Shown: in pieces, positions 10,917 through 24,162 of the stretch
Layout of the letters: every line of letters begins with the position of its first letter
Position numbering within the stretch: position 1 is the first letter of the stretch
Source of the DNA: Escherichia coli
GTDB lineage: Bacteria; Pseudomonadota; Gammaproteobacteria; Enterobacterales; Enterobacteriaceae
Length of the DNA stretch: 64,000 nucleotides
Assembly: GCF_050320075.1 (NCBI RefSeq)
Contig: NZ_CP190018.1
Reading direction: 5' to 3' (one strand)
The notes under the pieces: generated by a model
The model's database searches: none
What the model saw: only the letters and a program-made list of their open reading frames with translations
What the model was told of the DNA's origin: nothing
Program-made: the position numbers and the translations under genes

Positions 10917-12500
10917 ATGAATTTAACCCTCAAAGAATCGCTTGTTACCCGTAGCCGGGTATTTAGCCCGTGGACTGCGTTCTACTTTTTACAGTCGCTA
11001 TTAATTAACCTCGGCTTAGGTTATCCCTTCAGTTTGCTCTACACCGCTGCGTTTACGGCTATGTTGCTTTTGCTATGGCGAACATTGCCTCGCGTACAAA
11101 AAGTTCTGGTCGGTGTCAGTTCGCTGGTGGCGGCTTGTTATTTCCCTTTTGCTCAGGCCTACGGCGCGCCTAATTTCAATACATTGCTGGCATTGCACTC
11201 CACCAATATGGAAGAGTCGACCGAAATCCTGACGATTTTTCCGTGGTACAGCTACCTGGTCGGCTTATTTATTTTTGCGCTCGGCTTAATAGCAATCAGG
11301 CGAAAAAAAGAGAATGAAAAAGCGCGCTGGAATACCTTCGACAGCCTGTGTCTGGTATTCAGTGTGGCGACATTTTTTGTTGCTCCCATGCAAAACCTGG
11401 CCTGGGGCGGCGTATTTAAACTGAAAGATACCGGCTATCCGGTATTTCGTTTTGCTAAGGATGTCATCGTCAATAATAACGAGGTGATTGAAGAGCAAGA
11501 ACGGATGGCAAAACTTTCCGGAATGAAAGATACCTGGACGGTCACTGCCGTTAAGCCGAAATATCAGACCTATGTGGTGGTGATCGGTGAAAGCGCGCGT
11601 CGCGATGCCCTCGGTGCCTTTGGCGGTCACTGGGACAATACCCCGTTTGCCAGCAGTGTTAACGGTTTGATATTTGCTGACTACATTGCCGCCAGTGGCT
11701 CCACGCAGAAATCGCTTGGCTTAACGCTCAATCGCGTAGTCGATGGCAAACCACAGTTTCAGGATAACTTTGTCACCCTGGCAAATCGCGCGGGCTTCCA
11801 GACCTGGTGGTTTTCCAACCAGGGCCAAATCGGCGAATACGATACCGCCATCGCCAGCATCGCCAAACGTGCAGATGAAGTGTACTTCCTGAAAGAAGGT
11901 AATTTTGAAGCAGATAAAAACACGAAAGACGAAGCGTTACTGGATATGACCGCTCAAGTGCTGGCACAAGAGCACTCGCAACCGCAGCTGATTGTTTTAC
12001 ATCTGATGGGCTCGCATCCGCAGGCCTGCGACAGGACACAAGGCAAATACGAAACCTTTGTGCAATCGAAAGAAACGTCGTGCTATCTCTATACCATGAC
12101 GCAAACAGACGATTTACTGCGTAAGCTGTACGATCAGTTACGCAACAGCGGCAGCAGCTTCTCGCTGGTTTACTTTTCTGACCACGGTCTGGCCTTTAAA
12201 GAGCGCGGCAAAGACGTGCAATACCTTGCCCATGATGATAAATATCAGCAAAATTTCCAGGTGCCTTTTATGGTCATTTCGAGCGACGATAAAGCGCATC
12301 GGGTGATTAAAGCCCGCCGCTCTGCCAATGACTTCTTAGGCTTTTTCTCCCAGTGGACGGGAATTAAAGCGAAGGAAATTAACATCAAATACCCGTTTAT
12401 ATCTGAGAAGAAAGCCGGGCCGATATACATCACCAACTTCCAGTTACAGAAGGTGGATTACAACCATCTCGGAACCGATATTTTCGACCCGAAACCTTAA
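10917..12500 (+). CDS. opgE: Phosphoethanolamine transferase OpgE (YbiP)
   Basis: 527-aa membrane N-domain plus sulfatase-like domain; synteny. Confidence 0.85.
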   Translation: MNLTLKESLVTRSRVFSPWTAFYFLQSLLINLGLGYPFSLLYTAAFTAMLLLLWRTLPRVQKVLVGVSSLVAACYFPFAQAYGAPNFNTLLALHSTNMEESTEILTIFPWYSYLVGLFIFALGLIAIRRKKENEKARWNTFDSLCLVFSVATFFVAPMQNLAWGGVFKLKDTGYPVFRFAKDVIVNNNEVIEEQERMAKLSGMKDTWTVTAVKPKYQTYVVVIGESARRDALGAFGGHWDNTPFASSVNGLIFADYIAASGSTQKSLGLTLNRVVDGKPQFQDNFVTLANRAGFQTWWFSNQGQIGEYDTAIASIAKRADEVYFLKEGNFEADKNTKDEALLDMTAQVLAQEHSQPQLIVLHLMGSHPQACDRTQGKYETFVQSKETSCYLYTMTQTDDLLRKLYDQLRNSGSSFSLVYFSDHGLAFKERGKDVQYLAHDDKYQQNFQVPFMVISSDDKAHRVIKARRSANDFLGFFSQWTGIKAKEINIKYPFISEKKAGPIYITNFQLQKVDYNHLGTDIFDPKP

Positions 12501-12505
12501 AAACA

Positions 12506-12534
12506 AAAATCCGCCCCGAGAGGCGGATTTTTTA
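12506..12534. terminator. Bidirectional rho-independent terminator between opgE and ompX
   Basis: atccgcc-ccgaga-ggcggat hairpin flanked by A-run and T-run. Confidence 0.75.
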
Positions 12535-12548
12535 TATCACCGAAGTGA

Positions 12549-13064
12549 TTAGAAGCGGTAACCAACACCGGCAATCCAGGTGCCTACGTCAACGCTACGA
12601 ATACGGCTCTGCTCGTAAGAGAAGTCCAGAGCAACGTTTTCCATCGGGTTGAACTGCAGACCAGCACCGTAGGAGAAACCGTAGTCGCTGGTGTCGTGTT
12701 TGTAGGTCGGGTATTCAGTGGTCTGGAATTTACCATAACCCACACCCACTACACCGTAGATGCTTGCCCAGTCGTTAATGCGGTAAGCCGGACCAGCAGT
12801 GATGCCGTAGTACTGGTTTTTGTTGTAGTCACCAGAGCTTGCAGTACGGCTTTTCTCGGTGTAAGTGAAAGAACCGATCACACCCAGCGGGCTGTTGTCT
12901 TCTTCATAGCGGTATTTCAGGTTGAAACCGCCCATTTTGTTCATTTGGCCCTGAGCGTCGCTCTGTGCGTAACCGCCAGTTACGGTAGAAGTTGCAGCTA
13001 CGGAAGTACCTGCGGTGAAAGCCAGAACTGCGGCCAGTGCTGAAAGACATGCAATTTTTTTCAT
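12549..13064 (-). CDS. ompX: Outer membrane protein OmpX
   Basis: Translation MKKIACLSALAAVLAFTAGTSVAATSTVTGGYAQSDAQG...; Ail/Lom family beta-barrel; ATG at 13064. Confidence 0.95.
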   Translation of the reverse strand: MKKIACLSALAAVLAFTAGTSVAATSTVTGGYAQSDAQGQMNKMGGFNLKYRYEEDNSPLGVIGSFTYTEKSRTASSGDYNKNQYYGITAGPAYRINDWASIYGVVGVGYGKFQTTEYPTYKHDTSDYGFSYGAGLQFNPMENVALDFSYEQSRIRSVDVGTWIAGVGYRF

Positions 13065-13416
13065 AACCACCTCAAATGTGATTCAAATAAGTCCTAAGTT
13101 TTAAATATATCAAAAATTAATGGGAAACTCTTCGCGATTTGTGATGTCTAACGGGCCATTTCATGTAACAGAACGTTTCCATACACCGCTATCCATCTAA
13201 ATTTAAATCACTTTTTCAGAGAACTGCGTAAGTATTACGCATGTTTTCCCTGTCATTCATCCAGATTATTCCTAATCACCAGACTAATGATTCCATCAAT
13301 CCTGGCGCATTTTAGTCAAAACGGGGGAAAATTTTTTCAACAAATGCTCAACCAGCATTGGGTATATCCAGTACACTCCACGCTTTACTTAAGTCTAGAT
13401 ATTTGTGGGAGAAAGG

Positions 13417-14304
13417 ATGCCTGGTTCATTACGTAAAATGCCGGTCTGGTTACCAATAGTCATATTGCTCGTTGCCATGGCGTCTATTCAGGGTGGAGCC
13501 TCGTTAGCTAAGTCACTTTTTCCTCTGGTGGGCGCACCGGGTGTCACTGCGCTGCGTCTGGCATTAGGAACGCTGATCCTCATCGCGTTCTTTAAGCCAT
13601 GGCGACTGCGCTTTGCCAAAGAGCAACGGTTACCGCTGTTGTTTTACGGCGTTTCGCTGGGGGGGATGAATTATCTTTTTTATCTTTCTATTCAGACGGT
13701 ACCGCTGGGTATTGCGGTGGCGCTGGAGTTCACCGGACCACTGGCGGTGGCGCTGTTCTCTTCTCGTCGCCCGGTAGATTTCGTCTGGGTTGTGCTGGCG
13801 GTTCTTGGTCTGTGGTTCCTGCTACCGCTGGGGCAAGACGTTTCCCATGTCGATTTAATCGGCTGTGCGCTGGCACTGGGGGCCGGGGCTTGTTGGGCTA
13901 TTTACATTTTAAGTGGGCAACGCGCAGGAGCGGAACATGGCCCTGCGACGGTGGCTATTGGTTCGTTGATTGCAGCGTTAATTTTCGTGCCAATTGGAGC
14001 GCTTCAGGCTGGTGAAGCACTCTGGCACTGGTCGGTTATTCCATTGGGTCTGGCGGTCGCTATTCTCTCGACCGCTCTGCCTTATTCGCTGGAAATGATT
14101 GCCCTCACCCGTTTGCCAACACGGACATTTGGTACGCTGATGAGCATGGAACCGGCGCTGGCTGCCGTTTCCGGGATGATTTTCCTCGGAGAAACACTGA
14201 CACCCATACAGCTGCTGGCGCTCGGCGCTATCATCGCCGCTTCAATGGGGTCTACGCTGACAGTACGCAAAGAGAGCAAAATAAAAGAATTAGACATTAA
14301 TTAA
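13417..14304 (+). CDS. rhtA: Threonine/homoserine exporter RhtA (DMT family)
   Basis: 295 aa from ATG 13417 (MPGSLRKMPVWLPIVILL); 10-TM EamA-type. Confidence 0.9.
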   Translation: MPGSLRKMPVWLPIVILLVAMASIQGGASLAKSLFPLVGAPGVTALRLALGTLILIAFFKPWRLRFAKEQRLPLLFYGVSLGGMNYLFYLSIQTVPLGIAVALEFTGPLAVALFSSRRPVDFVWVVLAVLGLWFLLPLGQDVSHVDLIGCALALGAGACWAIYILSGQRAGAEHGPATVAIGSLIAALIFVPIGALQAGEALWHWSVIPLGLAVAILSTALPYSLEMIALTRLPTRTFGTLMSMEPALAAVSGMIFLGETLTPIQLLALGAIIAASMGSTLTVRKESKIKELDIN

Positions 14305-14316
14305 ATTTACATTTCT

Positions 14317-14344
14317 GCATGGTTATGCATAACCATGCAGAATT
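14317..14344. repeat. 28-bp perfect palindrome tctgcatggttatgcataaccatgcaga
   Basis: Verified by reverse-complementing; lies 13 bp after rhtA stop. Confidence 0.9.
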
Positions 14345-14458
14345 TCTCGCTACTTTTCCTCTACACCGTCTTTATATATCGAATTATGCAAAAGCATATT
14401 TATTCCGAAAATTCCTGGCGAGCCAATAAATAAGAATTGTTCTTATCAATATAACTAA

Positions 14459-15106
<648 letters not shown>

Positions 15107-15147
15107 ATCCATCGTTGATGGTGCAGAACTTTAGTACACGATAAAAG

Positions 15148-15178
15148 CGGCTTCCTGACAGGAGGCCGTTTTGTTTTG
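15148..15178 (+). terminator. dps rho-independent terminator
   Basis: cggcttcc-tgaca-ggaggccg hairpin followed by ttttgtttt. Confidence 0.7.
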
Positions 15179-15336
15179 TAGCCCGCCTCAACGCACTTAT
15201 TTAGTGCATCCATCTGCTATCCCCAGCTGGTTAAGTAAATTTTTTGTATCCACATCATCACACAATCGTTACATAAAGATTGTTTTTTCATCAGGTTTTA
15301 CGCTAAATAATCACTGTGTTGAGTGCACAATTTTAG

Positions 15337-15353
15337 CGCACCAGTTTGGTGCC
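15337..15353. promoter_or_regulatory. NtrC-type binding site upstream of glnH
   Basis: gcaccagtttggtgc palindrome matching the TGCACC-N-GGTGCA pattern. Confidence 0.55.
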
Positions 15354-15439
15354 CCAGAATGGTGCATCTTCAGGGTATTGCCCTATAAATCGTGCATCAC
15401 GTTTTTGCCGCATCTCGAAAAATCAATGAGTTGCAAAAC

Positions 15440-15456
15440 TGGCACGATTTTTTCAT
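15440..15456 (+). promoter_or_regulatory. sigma54-type promoter (glnHp2-like)
   Basis: tggcacgattttttcat: GG and downstream element at -24/-12 spacing, about 55 bp upstream of glnH ATG. Confidence 0.6.
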
Positions 15457-15494
15457 ATATGTGAATGTCACGCAGGGGATCGTCCCGTGGATAG

Positions 15495-16256
<762 letters not shown>

Positions 16257-16288
16257 TAACGCTACGCCTGTAAAGCGCACTGGCAGTT

Positions 16289-16326
16289 CCCTCTCCCCTC
16301 TGGGGAGAGGATTAGGGTGAGGGGCG
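16289..16326. repeat. GC-rich palindromic intergenic repeat (copy 1)
   Basis: ccctctcccctctggggagaggattagggtgaggggcgc; near-identical inverted copy at 47478-47517. Confidence 0.7.
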
Positions 16327-16394
16327 CAAACCCGCTCCGGGGCCATTAATTACCCTGAATTTGATTATTTACACCACGGTAACAGGAACAACAT

Positions 16395-17054
16395 ATGCAG
16401 TTTGACTGGAGTGCCATCTGGCCTGCCATTCCGCTTCTGATTGAAGGTGCCAAAATGACCCTGTGGATTTCGGTCCTCGGTTTGGCTGGCGGTCTGGTGA
16501 TCGGATTGCTGGCAGGTTTTGCACGCACCTTCGGTGGTTGGATAGCCAACCACGTCGCGCTGGTCTTTATTGAAGTGATCCGCGGCACACCTATCGTCGT
16601 CCAGGTGATGTTTATTTATTTCGCCCTGCCGATGGCGTTTAACGACTTACGCATCGACCCGTTTACTGCGGCGGTGGTCACCATCATGATCAACTCCGGC
16701 GCGTACATTGCGGAAATCACGCGTGGTGCGGTGCTGTCTATTCACAAAGGTTTTCGTGAAGCAGGACTGGCGCTCGGTCTTTCACGTTGGGAAACCATTC
16801 GCTACGTCATTTTACCGCTGGCACTGCGTCGTATGCTGCCGCCGCTGGGTAACCAGTGGATCATCAGTATAAAAGATACCTCGCTGTTTATTGTTATCGG
16901 CGTGGCGGAACTGACCCGTCAGGGGCAAGAAATTATTGCCGGTAACTTCCGCGCCCTTGAGATCTGGAGCGCCGTGGCGGTGTTCTATCTGATTATTACC
17001 CTGGTGCTGAGCTTTATTCTGCGTCGTCTGGAAAGAAGGATGAAAATCCTGTGA
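16395..17054 (+). CDS. glnP: Glutamine ABC transporter permease GlnP
   Basis: 219-aa permease translation; synteny. Confidence 0.95.
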
Positions 17055-17773
17055 TTGAATTTAAAAACGTCTCCAAGCATTTTGGTCCAACCCAGGTGCT
17101 GCACAATATCGATTTGAACATTGCTCAGGGCGAAGTCGTGGTGATTATCGGGCCGTCCGGTTCCGGTAAATCGACCCTGCTGCGCTGCATCAACAAACTG
17201 GAAGAAATCACTTCCGGCGATCTGATTGTCGATGGCCTGAAGGTTAACGATCCGAAAGTTGACGAGCGCCTGATTCGCCAGGAAGCAGGTATGGTGTTCC
17301 AGCAGTTTTACCTCTTCCCGCATCTGACGGCGCTGGAAAACGTCATGTTTGGTCCGCTACGCGTGCGTGGCGCGAACAAAGAAGAGGCGGAAAAACTGGC
17401 GCGTGAGCTGCTGGCGAAAGTCGGCCTGGCAGAACGCGCTCACCACTACCCTTCCGAGCTTTCTGGTGGTCAGCAACAGCGTGTGGCGATTGCCCGTGCG
17501 CTGGCGGTAAAACCGAAAATGATGCTGTTCGATGAACCGACTTCCGCTCTTGACCCGGAACTGCGCCATGAAGTGCTGAAGGTTATGCAGGACCTGGCTG
17601 AAGAAGGGATGACGATGGTGATCGTGACCCACGAAATCGGTTTTGCCGAGAAAGTAGCTTCGCGCCTGATCTTTATCGACAAAGGCCGGATTGCGGAAGA
17701 TGGCGATCCGCAGGTGTTAATCAAGAACCCACCGAGCCAGCGCTTGCAGGAATTTTTGCAGCACGTCTCTTAA
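17051..17773 (+). CDS. glnQ: Glutamine ABC transporter ATP-binding protein GlnQ
   Basis: Walker [10 protein letters not shown], signature LSGGQQQR; 240 aa. Confidence 0.95.
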
Positions 17774-17889
17774 CTTCTCAGCCTCCCTTTCCCCCGAAAG
17801 GGAGGCACACCAGATTCCTCTCATTTAAAATCGCCCCTCCCCCAGCATCTATACTTATCTTTTTGCTCTGTTTTCTCACTGGAGGAGTC

Positions 17890-20115
17890 ATGCGGTGGAT
17901 CCTGTTCATCCTCTTCTGCCTGCTGGGCGCACCTGCCCACGCGGTATCCATACCCGGCGTTACAACCACAACGACAACGGACTCAACGACTGAACCGGCC
18001 CCGGAACCGGATATCGAACAAAAAAAAGCGGCCTATGGCGCACTGGCGGATGTGCTGGATAATGACACCTCGCGTAAAGAGTTGATCGACCAGTTGCGCA
18101 CCGTCGCCGCGACGCCCCCTGCGGAACCCGTACCGAAGATCGTGCCGCCGACGCTGGTTGAAGAGCAAACCGTGCTGCAAAAAGTCACCGAAGTCAGCCG
18201 CCATTATGGTGAAGCCCTTTCCGCCCGCTTCGGACAACTTTATCGCAATATCACCGGCTCCCCGCATAAGCCGTTTAATCCACAAACCTTCAGCAATGCG
18301 TTGACCCATTTTTCAATGTTAGCGGTATTAGTGTTTGGTTTTTACTGGCTGATTCGTCTGTGCGCACTGCCGCTGTATCGCAAAATGGGCCAGTGGGCGC
18401 GGCAAAAAAATCGCGAACGCAGCAACTGGTTGCAGCTTCCGGCGATGATTATCGGGGCGTTTATTATCGACCTGCTGTTACTGGCACTGACATTATTTGT
18501 CGGTCAGGTTTTAAGCGACAACCTGAATGCGGGCAGTCGCACCATCGCTTTCCAACAAAGTTTGTTTCTCAGCGCCTTTGCCCTGATTGAATTTTTCAAA
18601 GCCGTACTACGCCTGATTTTTTGCCCAAACGTGGCGGAACTGCGCCCGTTCACGATACAGGACGAGAGCGCCCGTTACTGGAGTCGCCGCCTGAGCTGGT
18701 TAAGCAGTTTGATAGGTTATGGCCTGATTGTGGCCGTGCCGATTATCTCTAATCAGGTGAATGTACAAATTGGCGCGCTGGCGAACGTCATCATTATGCT
18801 GTGCATGACCATCTGGGCGTTGTACCTGATCTTTCGTAATAAAAAAGAGATTACCCAACATTTGCTCAACTTTGCGGAGCATTCGCTGGCCTTTTTCAGC
18901 TTGTTTATCCGCGCCTTTGCGCTGGTGTGGCACTGGCTGGCAAGCGCCTATTTTATCGTGCTGTTTTTCTTTTCGTTGTTCGATCCGGGCAACAGCCTGA
19001 AATTTATGATGGGTGCAACGGTGCGCAGCCTGGCGATTATTGGTATCGCAGCATTTGTTTCCGGTATGTTTTCCCGCTGGCTGGCAAAAACCATCACCCT
19101 CTCGCCACATACTCAGCGTAACTATCCAGAACTGCAAAAACGGTTGAATGGCTGGCTGTCGGCGGCGCTGAAAACGGCGCGTATTCTGACAGTCTGCGTG
19201 GCGGTAATGTTGCTGTTGAGCGCATGGGGATTGTTCGATTTCTGGAACTGGCTGCAAAACGGCGCGGGGCAGAAAACTGTAGATATCCTGATCCGTATCG
19301 CACTCATTCTTTTCTTCTCGGCGGTTGGCTGGACAGTGCTCGCCAGTTTGATCGAAAACCGGCTGGCTTCGGATATTCATGGCCGCCCGCTACCCAGCGC
19401 CCGTACGCGTACCCTGCTGACGCTGTTTCGTAACGCGCTGGCGGTGATTATCAGTACCATCACCATCATGATTGTGTTGTCGGAAATCGGCGTCAATATC
19501 GCGCCATTGCTGGCAGGTGCCGGTGCATTGGGGCTGGCTATCTCTTTTGGTTCGCAAACGCTGGTGAAAGATATTATCACCGGGGTATTTATTCAGTTTG
19601 AAAACGGCATGAACACTGGAGATTTGGTGACTATCGGGCCGTTGACCGGCACTGTGGAACGGATGTCGATTCGCTCCGTGGGCGTGCGTCAGGATACCGG
19701 GGCGTATCACATCATTCCGTGGTCTTCGATTACCACCTTTGCTAACTTTGTCCGCGGCATTGGTTCGGTAGTGGCAAATTACGATGTTGATCGCCATGAA
19801 GATGCTGATAAAGCCAATCAGGCACTGAAAGATGCGGTAACGGAATTGATGGAAAACGAAGATATTCGCGGGCTGATTATTGGTGAACCGAACTTTGCCG
19901 GGATTGTCGGCTTAAGCAATACCGCGTTTACACTGCGTGTTTCGTTCACCACGCTGCCACTCAAACAGTGGACGGTACGCTTTGCCCTCGACAGCCAGGT
20001 GAAAAAACATTTCGACCTGGCGGGCGTTCGCGCGCCAGTGCAGACTTATCAGGTGCTGCCTGCTCCGGGCGCGACCCCGGCTGCACCGCTGCCGCCGGGG
20101 GAGCCAACGCTTTAA
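17890..20115 (+). CDS. ybiO: Mechanosensitive channel YbiO (MscS family)
   Basis: 741 aa from ATG 17890 (SD ggagg); MscS-like C-terminal domain. Confidence 0.9.
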   Translation: MRWILFILFCLLGAPAHAVSIPGVTTTTTTDSTTEPAPEPDIEQKKAAYGALADVLDNDTSRKELIDQLRTVAATPPAEPVPKIVPPTLVEEQTVLQKVTEVSRHYGEALSARFGQLYRNITGSPHKPFNPQTFSNALTHFSMLAVLVFGFYWLIRLCALPLYRKMGQWARQKNRERSNWLQLPAMIIGAFIIDLLLLALTLFVGQVLSDNLNAGSRTIAFQQSLFLSAFALIEFFKAVLRLIFCPNVAELRPFTIQDESARYWSRRLSWLSSLIGYGLIVAVPIISNQVNVQIGALANVIIMLCMTIWALYLIFRNKKEITQHLLNFAEHSLAFFSLFIRAFALVWHWLASAYFIVLFFFSLFDPGNSLKFMMGATVRSLAIIGIAAFVSGMFSRWLAKTITLSPHTQRNYPELQKRLNGWLSAALKTARILTVCVAVMLLLSAWGLFDFWNWLQNGAGQKTVDILIRIALILFFSAVGWTVLASLIENRLASDIHGRPLPSARTRTLLTLFRNALAVIISTITIMIVLSEIGVNIAPLLAGAGALGLAISFGSQTLVKDIITGVFIQFENGMNTGDLVTIGPLTGTVERMSIRSVGVRQDTGAYHIIPWSSITTFANFVRGIGSVVANYDVDRHEDADKANQALKDAVTELMENEDIRGLIIGEPNFAGIVGLSNTAFTLRVSFTTLPLKQWTVRFALDSQVKKHFDLAGVRAPVQTYQVLPAPGATPAAPLPPGEPTL

Positions 20116-21038
20116 CGTTGGCGATTAACAAAACGGCGGCGCTGCTCGTCGTTCATAAAGGTCCAGGCAATAAAGCGACTCTGCTTTTGCCCCTGGGCCA
20201 TCTCTTTTTTAACCACCTTCACCGCGCCCACGTCCGTCAGAGCACGATACAACGGCGGTAAGTTTTCACCACGAGATACCAGCGAGGTAAACCACATCAC
20301 CTGCTTCGCGAAGCCTTTGCTCTCTTCAATCATCTTTTTGATAAAGGCGACTTCACCGCCTTCACACCACAACTCCTGTTGCTGACCACCAAAGTTCAGT
20401 GCATCGTCTTTGTTCAGCCCCAGGTTACGGCGTTTACGCTCACTACCTGCCCGCGCCGCAGCGGCGGAATCGTGGAATGGCGGGTTACACAAGGTCGCGT
20501 CGTATTGCTCGTTTTTATGGATAATGCCGTTAAAAATCGCCCCACTCTCTTTTTGCCGACGCAGACGAATGGCGCGGTTAAGCCCCGGATTAGCACTGAT
20601 GATCGCCTGCACACTGCTTAACGCCTGGCTGCTGGTTTCACTACCGGTAAAACGCCAGCCATATTCATGTACGCCAATCAGCGGATAAATACAGTTCGCA
20701 CCAACGCCGATATCCAGAATGCTGGCATTCGCTGGAATTGTTCCGCTTGCTTCGGCCAGTAAATCGGCAAGGTGATGAATATAATCCGCCCGGCCCGGTA
20801 CTGGTGGGCAGAGAAAACCGTCCGGGATATCCCAGTTCGCTACGGCGTAAAAATGGGCCAGCAACGCCTTATTGAGCGCCTTCACCGCCAGCGGATTGGC
20901 AAAGTCTACGCTTTGCTCCCCGGCGGGTGTAAGCGTGAGGAATTGCCTGAGTTCAGGATTGACCTGACAAAGCGTGGCGAGATCGTAGCGGCTGTGATGA
21001 CGGTTGCGCGGATGCAACCCCGGTTTCTGGGCGGACAT
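20112..21038 (-). CDS. rlmF: 23S rRNA m6A1618 methyltransferase RlmF (YbiN)
   Basis: 308 aa from ATG at 21038 ([19 protein letters not shown]); 4-bp convergent overlap with ybiO stop. Confidence 0.85.
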   Translation of the reverse strand: MSAQKPGLHPRNRHHSRYDLATLCQVNPELRQFLTLTPAGEQSVDFANPLAVKALNKALLAHFYAVANWDIPDGFLCPPVPGRADYIHHLADLLAEASGTIPANASILDIGVGANCIYPLIGVHEYGWRFTGSETSSQALSSVQAIISANPGLNRAIRLRRQKESGAIFNGIIHKNEQYDATLCNPPFHDSAAAARAGSERKRRNLGLNKDDALNFGGQQQELWCEGGEVAFIKKMIEESKGFAKQVMWFTSLVSRGENLPPLYRALTDVGAVKVVKKEMAQGQKQSRFIAWTFMNDEQRRRFVNRQR

Positions 21039-21313
21039 AGCATTCTCCTTTAAGCAGCGGCGTAAGATACCCGCATAACGCGACAGGGTAAATATCTGGC
21101 TGCGTTTATCATTTCTAAAAACCTTCACATGGCTATGGTTTATGGCAATTCACCATAAAAATCATCATCATGCATGTTATTGATTTGTCTTATTTTGTAA
21201 AAATATATCGTTCAAAAAATAAGCGCATCTCTGTCAATTTTTTGCGTCATTTTCATCGCGCAGGCGACCTACACTTATCTGGCACTACCCGTTGTATTTA
21301 TGAGGATGTCATT

Positions 21314-21574
21314 ATGAAAAAGTGCCTCACACTACTGATTGCCACCGTCCTGAGCGGAATCTCTCTCACGGCTTATGCCGCGCAACCGATGAGTAACCTG
21401 GACAGCGGTCAGCTACGGCCCGCCGGTACCGTTTCGGCAACTGGCGCATCAAACCTAAGCGATCTGGAGGATAAACTGGCAGAAAAAGCGCGCGAGCAAG
21501 GCGCGAAAGGTTATGTCATTAATTCCGCAGGCGGAAATGACCAGATGTTCGGTACTGCAACCATCTACAAATAA
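21314..21574 (+). CDS. mcbA: DUF1471 family periplasmic protein McbA (YbiM)
   Basis: 86 aa MKKCLTLLIATVLSGISLTAYA...; paralogous to ybiJ later in the window. Confidence 0.8.
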   Translation: MKKCLTLLIATVLSGISLTAYAAQPMSNLDSGQLRPAGTVSATGASNLSDLEDKLAEKAREQGAKGYVINSAGGNDQMFGTATIYK

Positions 21575-21709
21575 CCCCACCAACGTAACTGCATTCGCCT
21601 CTGGATGCAGTTTTCGCCTGTTTTGTAATCAAAAAACATCAAATATGAACGCAATGTAAATAAATGTATTTCTTTTTCGCGCAATGGGTGATAGAAAATC
21701 GCGCCAAGT

Positions 21710-21734
21710 GATAATGCTTATCAAAATTATTATC
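21710..21734. promoter_or_regulatory. Candidate Fur box upstream of fiu
   Basis: gataatgcttatcaaaattattatc resembles the GATAATGATAATCATTATC consensus. Confidence 0.6.
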
Positions 21735-21838
21735 ACTTGCACGAACACTATCACGAGATTAACAGTGGCATCGCATCCGCAGAGAGGCTTTCTCGTGGCA
21801 GTGAAAATTTCAACATATAAGAAAAAGTCACCTGCAAA

Positions 21839-24121
21839 ATGGAAAACAATCGCAATTTCCCTGCCAGACAATTTCATTCGCTCACGTTCTTTGCCGGTCT
21901 TTGTATTGGTATTACGCCTGTGGCACAGGCACTCGCCGCCGAAGGGCAAGCTAACGCGGATGACACGCTGGTTGTCGAAGCATCAACGCCTTCGCTTTAT
22001 GCGCCACAACAATCTGCAGATCCGAAATTCTCGCGTCCGGTAGCGGATACTACCCGCACGATGACGGTGATTTCTGAACAAGTGATTAAAGATCAGGGCG
22101 CAACCAACCTTACCGACGCACTCAAAAACGTCCCCGGCGTGGGTGCGTTTTTTGCGGGTGAGAACGGTAACTCCACCACTGGCGACGCCATTTATATGCG
22201 CGGTGCTGATACCTCTAACAGTATTTATATTGATGGCATTCGCGATATCGGCAGCGTCTCGCGCGACACCTTCAATACCGAGCAGGTCGAAGTGATTAAA
22301 GGGCCGTCCGGCACCGACTACGGGCGCAGCGCACCGACAGGCTCGATCAATATGATCAGCAAGCAGCCGCGCAATGATTCCGGCATTGACGCCTCCGCCA
22401 GTATTGGTAGCGCCTGGTTCCGCCGCGGCACGCTGGACGTCAATCAGGTCATTGGTGATACCACCGCGGCGCGCCTGAATGTGATGGGCGAAAAAACGCA
22501 CGATGCCGGACGCGACAAAGTCAAAAATGAGCGTTACGGCATCGCCCCTTCTGTCGCTTTTGGCCTTGGTACAGCGAATCGTTTGTATCTTAATTATCTG
22601 CATGTCACCCAGCACAACACGCCAGACGGCGGCATTCCGACCATCGGTTTGCCGGGCTATTCTGCCCCATCTGCGGGAACGGCGGCCCTGAATCATTCCG
22701 GAAAAGTTGATACGCATAACTTTTACGGCACGGATTCCGATTACGACGATTCGACCACCGACACCGCTACCATGCGTTTTGAGCACGACATCAACGATAA
22801 CACCACCATTCGCAATACTACCCGTTGGTCGCGCGTGAAGCAGGATTACCTGATGACGGCGATTATGGGTGGGGCGTCGAATATTACCCAGCCCACCAGC
22901 GATGTGAATAGCTGGACCTGGTCACGCACGGCGAATACTAAAGATGTGAGTAATAAAATTCTCACCAACCAGACCAACCTGACCTCGACGTTCTATACCG
23001 CTTCTATCGGTCATGATGTCAGTACCGGCGTGGAATTTACCCGTGAAACGCAGACTAACTACGGCGTTAATCCGGTGACGTTACCTGCGGTAAATATTTA
23101 TCATCCTGACAGCAGCATTCATCCCGGCGGCCTGACGCGCAACGGCGCAAACGCCAATGGTCAGACGGATACCTTCGCAATTTACGCCTTCGATACGCTG
23201 CAAATCACCCGTGATTTTGAGCTGAACGGCGGGATCCGTCTGGATAATTATCATACTGAATATGACAGTGCCACCGCTTGCGGCGGCAGCGGACGCGGTG
23301 CCATCACCTGCCCAGCTGGTGTGGCAAAAGGTTCTCCGGTCACCACCGTCGACACCGCCAAGTCGGGCAATCTGGTGAACTGGAAAGCCGGGGCGCTGTA
23401 TCACCTGACGGAAAACGGTAATGTCTATATTAACTATGCCGTTTCCCAGCAGCCTCCGGGCGGCAACAACTTCGCCCTTGCGCAGTCTGGCAGCGGTAAC
23501 AGTGCCAACCGCACCGATTTTAAACCGCAAAAAGCCAACACCAGCGAGATTGGCACCAAATGGCAGGTTCTGGATAAACGCCTGTTGCTCACCGCCGCGC
23601 TGTTCCGTACTGATATCGAAAATGAAGTTGAGCAAAATGATGACGGAACTTACTCGCAATACGGTAAGAAACGCGTCGAAGGCTATGAGATATCCGTGGC
23701 CGGGAATATCACTCCCGCGTGGCAGGTGATTGGCGGCTATACCCAGCAAAAAGCAACCATCAAAAACGGCAAAGATGTTGCCCAGGATGGTTCCTCATCG
23801 CTGCCGTATACCCCGGAGCACGCCTTTACCTTATGGAGCCAGTATCAGGCAACCGATGATATTTCCGTTGGTGCGGGCGCACGCTATATCGGCAGTATGC
23901 ATAAAGGTTCTGACGGCGCGGTGGGAACGCCAGCGTTTACCGAAGGTTATTGGGTCGCCGACGCTAAACTGGGGTATCGGGTTAATCGCAATCTCGACTT
24001 CCAGCTAAACGTCTACAACCTGTTTGATACCGATTACGTCGCCTCAATCAACAAGAGCGGCTACCGTTATCACCCGGGCGAGCCAAGAACCTTCTTGCTC
24101 ACGGCCAATATGCATTTCTGA
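21839..24121 (+). CDS. fiu: TonB-dependent catecholate siderophore receptor Fiu
   Basis: 760 aa, ends with aromatic residue (F) typical of OM barrels; synteny. Confidence 0.9.
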   Translation: MENNRNFPARQFHSLTFFAGLCIGITPVAQALAAEGQANADDTLVVEASTPSLYAPQQSADPKFSRPVADTTRTMTVISEQVIKDQGATNLTDALKNVPGVGAFFAGENGNSTTGDAIYMRGADTSNSIYIDGIRDIGSVSRDTFNTEQVEVIKGPSGTDYGRSAPTGSINMISKQPRNDSGIDASASIGSAWFRRGTLDVNQVIGDTTAARLNVMGEKTHDAGRDKVKNERYGIAPSVAFGLGTANRLYLNYLHVTQHNTPDGGIPTIGLPGYSAPSAGTAALNHSGKVDTHNFYGTDSDYDDSTTDTATMRFEHDINDNTTIRNTTRWSRVKQDYLMTAIMGGASNITQPTSDVNSWTWSRTANTKDVSNKILTNQTNLTSTFYTASIGHDVSTGVEFTRETQTNYGVNPVTLPAVNIYHPDSSIHPGGLTRNGANANGQTDTFAIYAFDTLQITRDFELNGGIRLDNYHTEYDSATACGGSGRGAITCPAGVAKGSPVTTVDTAKSGNLVNWKAGALYHLTENGNVYINYAVSQQPPGGNNFALAQSGSGNSANRTDFKPQKANTSEIGTKWQVLDKRLLLTAALFRTDIENEVEQNDDGTYSQYGKKRVEGYEISVAGNITPAWQVIGGYTQQKATIKNGKDVAQDGSSSLPYTPEHAFTLWSQYQATDDISVGAGARYIGSMHKGSDGAVGTPAFTEGYWVADAKLGYRVNRNLDFQLNVYNLFDTDYVASINKSGYRYHPGEPRTFLLTANMHF

Positions 24122-24162
24122 TTCAGATGTGGGGCGCAGGCCCCACTTTTTGGAGAACTTGT

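Noticed and set aside
17775-17815. cctccctttcccccgaaagggagg hairpin after glnQ as a possible copy of the GC-rich repeat family
   Set aside because: It is palindromic and GC-rich but does not share the ccctcaccctaa core with the two copies at 16289 and 47478; more simply the glnQ terminator stem.
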